64,000 bases of DNA from Planctomycetota bacterium (lineage in GTDB: Bacteria; Planctomycetota; UBA8108; SXIK01): NCBI GenBank assembly GCA_965223265.1, contig OZ244999.1:5472001-5536000 (forward strand), given 5' to 3'. A program made the position numbers and the translations under genes. This document shows, piece after piece, positions 30,599 to 39,054 of this stretch (position 1 is the first letter of the stretch; the number at the start of each line of letters is the position of its first letter). The notes beneath the pieces were generated by a model. It was not told the origin of the DNA, searched no databases, and saw only the letters and a list, made by a program, of their open reading frames with translations.

Positions 30599-30922
30599 TC
30601 AGTGCGTCAGCTTCCAGAGCATCGCCTGCAGCGCATCGACGTCCGCAAGTACCGAGTCGATTTGCGACGCATCGATATAGCCCCATGCCGCAGCAACCTT
30701 GAGCGCCGTGCGCACCTCTTCAGCGCTACCTGAGGCAACGCGCCAAAGATGCCCGCGGTCGCGACCTTGACGCCGATTGCCCTCAGCAAGGTTGAGTGCC
30801 ACGGACGAACCGGCATCGCGCAGCTGAGCGGCAAGCTTTGAGTCGTGACGACGGATACTCGAGACGAGGGGTCGCAGCTGACGAACTATGCTAAAAGTGT
30901 GATCCAGAGCGAGAAAGCCCAT
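30599..30922 (-). CDS. four helix bundle protein (23S rRNA IVS protein/Avd-like fold)
   Basis: LAAQLRDAGSSVALNLAEG.RR....R..LW.VA.GSAEE...L......GYI signature; ATG at 30922 after GGAG. Confidence 0.88.
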   Translation of the reverse strand: MGFLALDHTFSIVRQLRPLVSSIRRHDSKLAAQLRDAGSSVALNLAEGNRRQGRDRGHLWRVASGSAEEVRTALKVAAAWGYIDASQIDSVLADVDALQAMLWKLTH

Positions 30923-30989
30923 GTGTGACTCCGGTAACGGCCCAGTGAATTGTCGCCGACGCCCGACGCGGCGGCGTTTCACTGCCGCC

Positions 30990-31073
30990 AACCGAACGAG
31001 AGACGGGGTCAAGGGCGCGAAGCGCCGAGCGCAGCGAGGGCACCCTTGAGGCCGGCTCTCGTTCGGTTACGAT
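30990..31073. promoter_or_regulatory. 79-nt hairpin upstream of the four-helix-bundle gene, overlapping a putative sigma70 promoter on the + strand
   Basis: AACCGAACGAGAG (30990-31002) pairs perfectly with CTCTCGTTCGGTT (31056-31068); inner TCAAGGG/CCCTTGA stem; TTGAGG-N16-TACGAT at 31046-31073. Confidence 0.55.
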
Positions 31074-31154
31074 CGACAAAACCGCCGACGCACGCACGCC
31101 TGAAGCAGCAGAGCTCTTCTCTGCCCTCGGCTCGAGCGCCGCTACCGCGCACCG

Positions 31155-31412
31155 GTTTGCGTTTGCGTTCGCGTTTGCGAGGGAGTGGGAGTGGAGTACT
31201 CCGTCTCTGTCTCTGTCTCCGCCTCTGTCTCCGCCTCTGTCTCCGTCTCCGCCTCGGTCTCCGTCTCCGTCTCCGTCTCGGTCTCCGTCTCGGTCTCGGT
31301 CTCCGTCTCGGTCTCCGTCTCCGCCTCTGTCTCCGTCTCCGTCTCCGCCTCTGTCTCCGTCTCCGTCTCCGCCTCTGTCTCTGTCTCCGTCTCCGTCTCT
31401 GTTTCTGACTCT
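31155..31412 (+). repeat. compound hexamer array: GTTTGC-type, then GTGGGA-type, then GTCTC(C/T/G)/GCCTC(T/G), about 43 units
   Basis: Continuous 6-bp register from 31155 through about 31412. Confidence 0.93.
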
Positions 31413-31464
31413 TCCTCTATCCAATCTCCACGCTCCCCCCTAAAGCCCCAGCCCGACGAAAGAC

Positions 31465-32697
31465 TCAGATAAAGTCCAGCGCGCAAAGGTGGTCGAAATA
31501 CGCGTTCTTGTTGCCGCTGTCCTTTTGGCCGCAGACGCGCATGATCTCTGCGTAGGCTTGATGCAGGCGCGAGCTCGAAGCGCGGATCGCTTCGTGCTGT
31601 CGCATGGTGGGTCCCGGCTGGTAGTCGAAGTGCTGCCGAACCCCCGAGGCGTTCCAATCGGCGAAGTACCTTCCTTGCGCTTCGATGGCTTCGACGACGA
31701 GTCGGTGGGCTTTCTGGAGAGAGGCAGGGGCGTTGAGGCGGCGCAACTCCTTCAGCACGGAATCGATTTCCGTCTGATACTGCTCAAAAGGCTGCCCACG
31801 GCGACCTCGCGACTGAAAGTAGCGCAGGGTGGCAACACGCGCCACCATAGCGTGATCGACGAGCGTAAAGAAGCGATGGAGGAACGCCTTACTCCCATCA
31901 TCGAGGCGCGCACCTTGACTGCGAAAGGTGGTTTGCCGGTGAGGGATCGCACGGTAGGCCTCGGAAATCGCCATTGGCCCTCGCGCGTTGACAAGCATGG
32001 CAACCGCAGGGAGAAGCTCCGTGTAGAGGTTGTGACGCGGACGGTGCCCGGTCGAGTCGTAGCGCAACATGAAGGCTTTGTCGACGAGTTGAAATCCAGG
32101 GACCATGTCATAGCTCGCACGCGTCTGTAGCTCTTTCGTGCCGAGAAGGACGATCCGGTTCGCTGACTCTTCGGTGCGAAAATGCTTCGCCCAAGCGCGC
32201 GCTTCGTCGAGAGTCGGAACGCCGAGTTTCGGGCCGTAGAGAAGAAGGTGAACGTGCACAATGCGCTCATCGTCGAGGGAGACGTCGGTGTACTCCTGAA
32301 AGTACTCGTCGATCGACCGCAAGTTCTGCTGGGGGGTGAAGCCTTGAAACGAGCCGTAACGGTGAGCTCCGGCAAACGCCTGGCAGGCTGGGCACGACAT
32401 ACCGATCGGCTCGATTAGAAGCACTTGACCGCGCAGCGACGAGAGCTGGACGTAGTCTCCGGTGGAAGACTGAAGCACCAGATCGGGGTAACGCTTGCTC
32501 AGACGCGGCGGCCACTCCACCTGCCGGTTGATCGCAATCTCGAACGTGAGCGCCGATGTTCCTGGGTTGGCAGCAGCGGCGGCGGCAGACGCGCTCGGCC
32601 GCGAATCTCCGCCGTAGCAACCATGCAGCGTCGCGACGATGACCGCCGACCAAACGCACCTCACGATCCACTGTATGATCCCCGCGAAGCTTCGCAT
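31465..32697 (-). CDS. exported protein with a thioredoxin/AhpC-like CxxC domain and a helical C-terminal domain
   Basis: Possible lipobox LHGC; PDLVL....G..V.LSSLRGQV.LI.....SCPACQ; GAGGAG RBS before ATG 32697. Confidence 0.65.
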   Translation of the reverse strand: MRSFAGIIQWIVRCVWSAVIVATLHGCYGGDSRPSASAAAAAANPGTSALTFEIAINRQVEWPPRLSKRYPDLVLQSSTGDYVQLSSLRGQVLLIEPIGMSCPACQAFAGAHRYGSFQGFTPQQNLRSIDEYFQEYTDVSLDDERIVHVHLLLYGPKLGVPTLDEARAWAKHFRTEESANRIVLLGTKELQTRASYDMVPGFQLVDKAFMLRYDSTGHRPRHNLYTELLPAVAMLVNARGPMAISEAYRAIPHRQTTFRSQGARLDDGSKAFLHRFFTLVDHAMVARVATLRYFQSRGRRGQPFEQYQTEIDSVLKELRRLNAPASLQKAHRLVVEAIEAQGRYFADWNASGVRQHFDYQPGPTMRQHEAIRASSSRLHQAYAEIMRVCGQKDSGNKNAYFDHLCALDFI

Positions 32698-32765
32698 GTT
32701 TTTCTCCTCAAGCACTCTCATTGGCTCCCAGCGACCGCTCACAACGAAGGAGTGACTCCGGCCGC

Positions 32766-33275
32766 TCAGTATTTGCCGAAGATGTTACGCTTCTTTCCAG
32801 TCGCGTCGAAGGTTGCGAGAAACGGCTCTTCACCTGCGTCGCTCAGTCCGAGCCCAAAGACGATGCGATCGCTGCCCGATCGATCTTTGAAGACGAGGAC
32901 CGGCGATTCGTTGCGTCCGGCCAACCGCAAGAGCAGTCGAAGTCTCTCTTTGCCGTCGAATAAACCCATTAGAGGCAGCCCAGCCTCACCCCGAGCGACA
33001 CGGCCGGAGTAAGTTCCGAGCTGCAGCCGACGACCACCGCTTCGCGCGAAGAGTTCCAGCACCTTGCCAGGTGTCGCGATGGTGTCGTCCGTGACGCGCC
33101 GCTGTCGCAGGACTTTGAGAAAGGCCGCGACATCTGCTATGTCCCCAGGAGAGAGCTGTTCAGACTCCGTCGCAGCTTCAGTCCGTGGGGTTTGGCGACC
33201 CACGAAGCCTGACACGACACCGCCGGCGAATCCCCCGACGAGCGCCAGAGTCACAACCATGTAGCTACTTTTCAT
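32766..33275 (-). CDS. membrane-anchored hypothetical protein with repeated beta-strand units
   Basis: N-terminal TM segment (LALVGGFAGG); repeats P.L...D..G..R.. x3-4; overlaps the upstream gene end. Confidence 0.65.
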   Translation of the reverse strand: MKSSYMVVTLALVGGFAGGVVSGFVGRQTPRTEAATESEQLSPGDIADVAAFLKVLRQRRVTDDTIATPGKVLELFARSGGRRLQLGTYSGRVARGEAGLPLMGLFDGKERLRLLLRLAGRNESPVLVFKDRSGSDRIVFGLGLSDAGEEPFLATFDATGKKRNIFGKY

Positions 33276-34170
33276 CGTGTTTCCCCGCTTGCTGGCGGCT
33301 CGCGTCCCGACGCTGGATCGGGTCCTTCGTCGGTGGCGATCGAAGATCTTCCAGCCGTCGCTCAACGTCATCCCGGCGCGGACTTGTCGGAAACCGTTCA
33401 AGAAAGCGACGAAACTCGATCTCAGCGTGTACCCGCACCCCCTCCGACTCAAACGCGCGTGCAAGCCAATATCGTGCGGTCTCGTCACCAGGATCGTTCT
33501 CGAGGATGCGATAGAAATGAACGATGGCTTGGGCGTGACGATCGCTATGGTAATAGGCCAAACCGTGGATCAACTCGGTGGTGCTCGCCGGATCATCATC
33601 GACAGGCAACGCGGGTTTCTCTGCCCCCCTGACTTGGAGATGCTCGACCGCATCGCGCGCCAGATCCCGGCAAAGCTCTCCCAAAGATGAGAGTCTGCCG
33701 TTCACTTCGAAAGCCGCCACTACCGCCGTTGTCTCCGTGTCGTATATCGTCGCAGACACCTCGACGAAGTCTCTGTCGTGAACGCGCAACCGCCCCGACC
33801 GCACACTCCCCGTCAGGACGAACTGGGCTGATGTGACGCCTCTAAACTCATCGATGTCTTCACGAGTTAAGTTCTCCCACCGCAGCCCGATCTCGCGTAT
33901 GGAACGTTCGAGCGACTCTCGATCGACGACCGTGAGAGGTGGGGAATCGGGCTCTGACACTGGAGCAGCGTCACCGGTAGTGTCGCTCAGGAAGACCGTG
34001 ACGAGATCCGGAATCGCGTGGCGCAGCGAACTCAGCGCGGCGTCGCCGCTAGCGTTTTCGAACGGCAAGATGAGCAGAGTCGGCCGCGGCTTTGTCTCTT
34101 CGGAGGCCCGGAGCGTTGACAGAATCGCCATCGCAACGACAGCGACACGGCTCAATAGAAAGTGCTTCAT
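33265..34170 (-). CDS. secreted CsgG/TolB-N-like domain + TPR protein
   Basis: TLLILPFENASGD......L..AIPDL...VVDRE.L and AQFVLTGS; C-terminal TPRs ending FLERFPTSP; ATGA overlap with the upstream gene. Confidence 0.75.
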   Translation of the reverse strand: MKHFLLSRVAVVAMAILSTLRASEETKPRPTLLILPFENASGDAALSSLRHAIPDLVTVFLSDTTGDAAPVSEPDSPPLTVVDRESLERSIREIGLRWENLTREDIDEFRGVTSAQFVLTGSVRSGRLRVHDRDFVEVSATIYDTETTAVVAAFEVNGRLSSLGELCRDLARDAVEHLQVRGAEKPALPVDDDPASTTELIHGLAYYHSDRHAQAIVHFYRILENDPGDETARYWLARAFESEGVRVHAEIEFRRFLERFPTSPRRDDVERRLEDLRSPPTKDPIQRRDASRQQAGKHDEK

Positions 34171-37100
34171 GGCGCCTCCCGCCGTGGCGTGATCTGATAC
34201 AAGCCGTTGAACCAAGTCCCTATCCATACCGTTCGACCATCTGGTTCGACGACCAGAGAGCTCGGCTGACTGAGCACCTCATGCGGCGGATTCAAGACCC
34301 GATGCCGCACGCCGTCGAAGTAGCCGAGCCCGACGCTGCGCTCTTCGGCTGCAGGCAGATACCACACGCCGCTGCGCGGGTCGGGCACAAGACTGCCGAT
34401 CGACCAATAAAGAACCGGCGACGTGTTTGGCGTGTAGTGTCGCCACTCGGGCTGACGGTCGACAGAATTTAGACGCAGCATACCGGTGCCGGACACGCCA
34501 ACCCAAAGGGCACGCTGCGCGTCAAGTGCGATGTCGAGTATGCGCCGACCTGTCGCAACCTTTGGGAGCCTCACGCGCCGAGAATGATCCGGGGTGGTCG
34601 CGTTGAAAACGTGGAGATCGCCTACGTCCGTCGCAACCCAAAGGTCTCGTCGCTCTGCGTCGTATGCAAGAGCGGTCACGGGCGCTCTCACGTTTCGCAC
34701 ACCGTACACCCGCCGGCCGTCAAACTCTGCAACGTCGCCTGCAGTCGTGCCGACAGAGATGCGCCCTTCCGTGCTTCCGAATTCGATGTCGGCGATCGCA
34801 CCACTAAGCTGCGGTACCGTCGTCGAATGAAAGCGTGGCGGCACTCCGGTCGCAAGGGTCGCATCGATCGATCTCGGGTTGTGAATAGACCCGAGTCGCG
34901 GTTGCGGTAAGTGCGTTGACCCAAACCACACCCGGCCGTCACGGCTGGCGGTAATGTGCGTGACGAAATGATGAAAAAACCCCTGCGAGACGTCCGTAGC
35001 CAGGAAGCGGTCCTTATCCTTGTACATGACGCCGCTTTCAATGCCCCACCAGATGCGTCCGCTCGGGTCGATTCCGAGCGATGTAACGTCAGAGACGCGC
35101 ACGCGCGCCTGCGCAAAGATGCGGGTCCAGACGTTGCCGTCAGCGTCAGACTCGGTCTCGCGGTAGATCGGCCAATTGCGAGTATCCTTGTCGATCGGCT
35201 CGCCGCTGACATTGAACTTGCGGTATTGCCTCAAATCGACATGTTCGTCGCCTTTCAAAGCGACAATAAATTCGCCGCCGAGCGCCGCGGCCGCCGCATA
35301 AGGCTCGAGTCCAGCGCGCGTGACGAGATCGAGAACTGGCTCATCTGTGTCCGGATGAAAGTGAGAAAATTGGAGGCCATATTGATTGTCCGAGAGAAGC
35401 AGAAGCAGCTCACCTCGCGCAAGAGGGAAGAGCCGAACGCGGTGGGCTCGCGCGGTGCTCAGCGTCGACTGGTTCCAGAATTTGATCGTGAATTTTCGCC
35501 GCTGCCACCTTTTGGCATCCACGGAGCTCCACAAGTGGACGGTTCCCGCCGTGCCTAGGAAACAGAGTCGAAGGACGCCAGAACTGTCCTCCGCCAAAGA
35601 GATGCCGTACGCAGGGCTTTTGAGTACGATCGACGCGGCGACTTGCCATTCGAAAACACTGCTTGCTTTTAGGACCACGACCTGCCGCTTCGCTAGCGAA
35701 TAGTAAGCGAGAATCCATTGGCCCCGACGATCCTGCAGGATGTCATACTCCAGCAGCTGCGACGGCACGTGGATACGTTCTTCCATCCCGGCGTCTACGA
35801 AACGCTCCAAAGGCACTCGGCGTGGCCGACTCCACCGCGTTTGACTAGCTCCACGGGCACGCATTCGCGGCGCCAGCGATGGCAGGGTGCGCGGCCCCGA
35901 CTCGCTGCGATGTTCATGGACGAGCGGCTTGACGGCAAAGCGCTCGAGAGACGCCATCCACAGCTCCCAGCCGCGGCCACGACGTGTCGAGATCCAGCTG
36001 AGCCACAGACGTCCATCTTCGGAGAGAGACCAGCGCGGGCTGTAGTCCTCGCTTTGTGAGTCGATCTCGAGAGGTGCGAACGTACTCCACCGACGACCAT
36101 CTTGGCTCTGCGCCAACGAGAGCTCTGTCGGACTCGCATCGAGCTGTCCATCCGCCGAGACAAGAAAGAATCCGTGCCGCGGGTGACGGATGAGATCCAA
36201 CTCCTTTTTCGGCTCGTAGTAAGACTCACGCCGACTTCGTGTCGACCCGACGAGCTCGGGTGGCGGCAGGTCGACACTTCCTAACGGCTGTCCTTCCCAA
36301 AAACCTTTGACGCTCTTCCGTTCTGAATCGCGGCGCGGTGATGGGAGGCCGTCATCGGGCCGTAGCTGAACCTCCAAGCGCCAGGAACGAACCTCCGCCT
36401 GGCTCTCCGCAAGCTGTACGGCGAAGACGCCCTGATGCTCGCCGTGAAAGGAGATCTGTTTCTGCAGCGTCGTGAAACGTGCTGTCTGTCCGAAGATGGC
36501 GCCAAACCAGCGGCGCTCGTGATCGCGAGGGAGCGGAAACGGAAGCACGCGCATAGCGTACGAATGATAAGGCCGGCGAACGCGTAGACGACCGGTGACG
36601 CTCAGATCAACTCCGGTCGCGCGATGACCGCGCGGCACAATCACGACGTAAAGTCTCTCGCGCCAACCAGGCTCCTCTCCTTCCGGATCGAAAAGAGACG
36701 CCGTACGATCAAATCGTAGCTCAACGTGGGTCGGATCGGCGGCGCTAAGGACAAGAACACCTCGGGGTGCGGTCAATCCTTCGGCGCTTCGAGTCTGTGG
36801 ATCCAGCTGGCGAAAAATCGTCGCCATACTGGCGATCGACTCACGGAAGAGTGTCAGGGCGTGCTCCCAACCAAAAAAGGTCGAGGCGCGACCTTGCGAT
36901 CGGCGAAGTCGCTCTGGGTCTCGGCGGGCTCGCGAGCAAAAAGTGTCGATCGTGTGGAACTGACGATACGCCTCGACAAGCTCACCACGCGAAAAGAGTA
37001 GTCGGCCGAGACGGAAGGAGGCTTCCAAGGTGTGAGGGCTGGTCGGCCGAAGCTTCACGAGCCGCCGGTAGACGTCGATCGCCTCGGCATCGTCGCCAAG

Positions 37101-37982
37101 TCGATCCTCGAGCACGCGTGCCGCGAAGTAGAGAGCGTCACGCGCTTCAGTGGATTGTGGTCGCCGCTCGTGCAGTCGCAGATGCGAAGCGACGGCGTGG
37201 TCGTACTCGCCGATCGCTTCGAACATTCTCCCTAGCCAGAGCTGCGCCTCGGCAAAACTCGAGTCCTGTCGTAGTGCTTGGAGAAGCTCACCGATCGCTT
37301 CGGGATAACGCCCACGATCGTAGTGGTCCATAGCATGGTAGAACCGCTCGGTTGCCGGCATCGACGACGTCGGCGCGAAGCGAATGTTCCTCTCTTCCTC
37401 ATCCGTAAGAGCCACATGCTCTTCGCGCAAGAGAGTCACGGCGGCCTCAGCTACGAGCGAACGAAGCTCGCCGTAGCTTCCTGTCGTCTTCGAACGCCGT
37501 ACGATCTTCTGGTCCTTCAGATTGAGCAGCGAGACTGTCAGTGAGATCGTCTCACCGTCGAGTCGGTAGTCACCGAAGACGACCTGGTCGACTTTGGCGA
37601 CGCGACCGACGCGAAGAGCTCTCTCCTCGTCTGCGAGTGCGGAATCGCTAAGCGCCACCTCGTCGGTGAACGTCTGCATCCGTTCGCGGTCTAGAACGAC
37701 GATCGAAGCGGCCTGCGAAAAACTCTTGATGAGAAGATCCGCAATCGCCTTACTCAGCCACGTGTTTTTCGCGTGCTCGGCCAGAAGAGGACCAACCGTG
37801 AGTGTGCGCTGACTCTCAGTTGTCGGGATACTTTGAGGCGGCTGCGCCGTGTCGGAGAAGTTCACCACTGCGAGACGACGCGCCACCGGCTCCGTTGCCG
37901 GAGCAACCTGGGTCGCGACGTCGGCGCAGACGGGAGCGCAAATCAGCGCAGCCCACAACAGCTTCGTAGTGCTTTGGCGCAT
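34167..37982 (-). CDS. large secreted CsgG/TolB-N-like + TPR + beta-propeller protein
   Basis: Signal peptide; LAVVNFS...AIADLL...VLDRE...VGRVAKVD.V.FG; several TPRs; SQDGRRW Asp-box-like motifs; C-terminal D..G.LWVGT propeller repeats. Confidence 0.75.
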   Translation of the reverse strand: MRQSTTKLLWAALICAPVCADVATQVAPATEPVARRLAVVNFSDTAQPPQSIPTTESQRTLTVGPLLAEHAKNTWLSKAIADLLIKSFSQAASIVVLDRERMQTFTDEVALSDSALADEERALRVGRVAKVDQVVFGDYRLDGETISLTVSLLNLKDQKIVRRSKTTGSYGELRSLVAEAAVTLLREEHVALTDEEERNIRFAPTSSMPATERFYHAMDHYDRGRYPEAIGELLQALRQDSSFAEAQLWLGRMFEAIGEYDHAVASHLRLHERRPQSTEARDALYFAARVLEDRLGDDAEAIDVYRRLVKLRPTSPHTLEASFRLGRLLFSRGELVEAYRQFHTIDTFCSRARRDPERLRRSQGRASTFFGWEHALTLFRESIASMATIFRQLDPQTRSAEGLTAPRGVLVLSAADPTHVELRFDRTASLFDPEGEEPGWRERLYVVIVPRGHRATGVDLSVTGRLRVRRPYHSYAMRVLPFPLPRDHERRWFGAIFGQTARFTTLQKQISFHGEHQGVFAVQLAESQAEVRSWRLEVQLRPDDGLPSPRRDSERKSVKGFWEGQPLGSVDLPPPELVGSTRSRRESYYEPKKELDLIRHPRHGFFLVSADGQLDASPTELSLAQSQDGRRWSTFAPLEIDSQSEDYSPRWSLSEDGRLWLSWISTRRGRGWELWMASLERFAVKPLVHEHRSESGPRTLPSLAPRMRARGASQTRWSRPRRVPLERFVDAGMEERIHVPSQLLEYDILQDRRGQWILAYYSLAKRQVVVLKASSVFEWQVAASIVLKSPAYGISLAEDSSGVLRLCFLGTAGTVHLWSSVDAKRWQRRKFTIKFWNQSTLSTARAHRVRLFPLARGELLLLLSDNQYGLQFSHFHPDTDEPVLDLVTRAGLEPYAAAAALGGEFIVALKGDEHVDLRQYRKFNVSGEPIDKDTRNWPIYRETESDADGNVWTRIFAQARVRVSDVTSLGIDPSGRIWWGIESGVMYKDKDRFLATDVSQGFFHHFVTHITASRDGRVWFGSTHLPQPRLGSIHNPRSIDATLATGVPPRFHSTTVPQLSGAIADIEFGSTEGRISVGTTAGDVAEFDGRRVYGVRNVRAPVTALAYDAERRDLWVATDVGDLHVFNATTPDHSRRVRLPKVATGRRILDIALDAQRALWVGVSGTGMLRLNSVDRQPEWRHYTPNTSPVLYWSIGSLVPDPRSGVWYLPAAEERSVGLGYFDGVRHRVLNPPHEVLSQPSSLVVEPDGRTVWIGTWFNGLYQITPRREAP

Positions 37983-38025
37983 CGAGCTCAGCGAAATGGC
38001 GACAACCGCGAACGAACGACCGACA

Positions 38026-39039
38026 CTATTTGTCGAGGTCCTTTAGGATACGCAGCGCTGTTCGCTCGGCGATCTTGGCGGCGGCCTTCTGGATCGCAGT
38101 TTTCCCCGCGATCTGTTCCGAGACGTCGACCGCGACCTCAGTTTGGCGATCGACAGCGATGATTCTCCCTGTATCCCGTTCGATAGCCTTCACTTCGACG
38201 CGCCCCTTGCAGGAGACCAAGTTGCCCTTGCGCAGCGCGAACTCACTGAAAGCTTCTCCCGTTATTTCCACGTCGGGTTGTTTGACTGTGGTTTCGGCGT
38301 CAACCAGATCGAATCCGAGAGTTTGAAAGAGGAAACTGATTTCGGTCTCAGCGGCTGGATCGAGTGTTTCGGAGCGAATATGTCGTTCAGCGACGACAAC
38401 TGAGACTGTGGGAAGGTTCTTCCCTTCAACCATGATCTTCAGGCTTTCAAGCAAGCTCTCCTCTTTCGATGCGGCAGGGGCGACGAGTAACCGCCCCTTG
38501 TTTGCAATGGTTTTCGCGACTTTGTCTGCCAACTTGCGGCTGGCCTCTGCGTGAGACTTCCGAACGGAGAAGGATACGAATTCTCCGAAGACCTTACTGG
38601 TCTCAACGCCGACGATTTTTGCCGCGATATAGAGCTCATTCTGAACTGCGAAGATCCTCCCGGTAACAAGGATCTTCGCGCCGGTGATCTGTCCGATTTT
38701 CGCCGCTGTCTCATTCGACACCGTCCCTGAGAGACCCAGCTCCATCTCACTGACGATCTTGTCGAGCTCGTCTCGCTCGACGAGAGACATCCCGTCCGCA
38801 GCCGAGAGGTGCGTGACGATGAGCTGCGTGACCGGCGCCTCCAATTCCTTGAGTGGAGCGCTCGCAGCGTGAAACGGCAACACTGCAACGGAGGTCGCCG
38901 CGGCGGATGTATCGCTCTCGGATTCCTGCGTTGTGTTGAGTTCCTCTTCTGCAAACAACGCCGTTGGCGTCGCGATCGCGCACATCGCTGCGACAAACAT
39001 CACGGGGACGAGCAAGTGGGTTGGATCTTTGAGCTGCAT
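38026..39039 (-). CDS. CsgG/HfaB family secreted protein
   Basis: SVAVLPF...LVERDELDKIVSEMELGLSG.V....AAKIG..TGAKILVTG. Confidence 0.82.
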   Translation of the reverse strand: MQLKDPTHLLVPVMFVAAMCAIATPTALFAEEELNTTQESESDTSAAATSVAVLPFHAASAPLKELEAPVTQLIVTHLSAADGMSLVERDELDKIVSEMELGLSGTVSNETAAKIGQITGAKILVTGRIFAVQNELYIAAKIVGVETSKVFGEFVSFSVRKSHAEASRKLADKVAKTIANKGRLLVAPAASKEESLLESLKIMVEGKNLPTVSVVVAERHIRSETLDPAAETEISFLFQTLGFDLVDAETTVKQPDVEITGEAFSEFALRKGNLVSCKGRVEVKAIERDTGRIIAVDRQTEVAVDVSEQIAGKTAIQKAAAKIAERTALRILKDLDK

Positions 39040-39054
39040 GCCTAAACCTCAGTT

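Noticed and set aside
30599-30922. Diversity-generating retroelement (Avd-like gene)
   Set aside because: No reverse transcriptase and no TR/VR pair differing at adenines was seen in the window
30214-31657. ORFs with TQ/AN/VC/RL/ET/GD dipeptide runs (also 9003-9333)
   Set aside because: They are translations of hexamer arrays that are open in several frames; no RBS or domain support, and they overlap real genes
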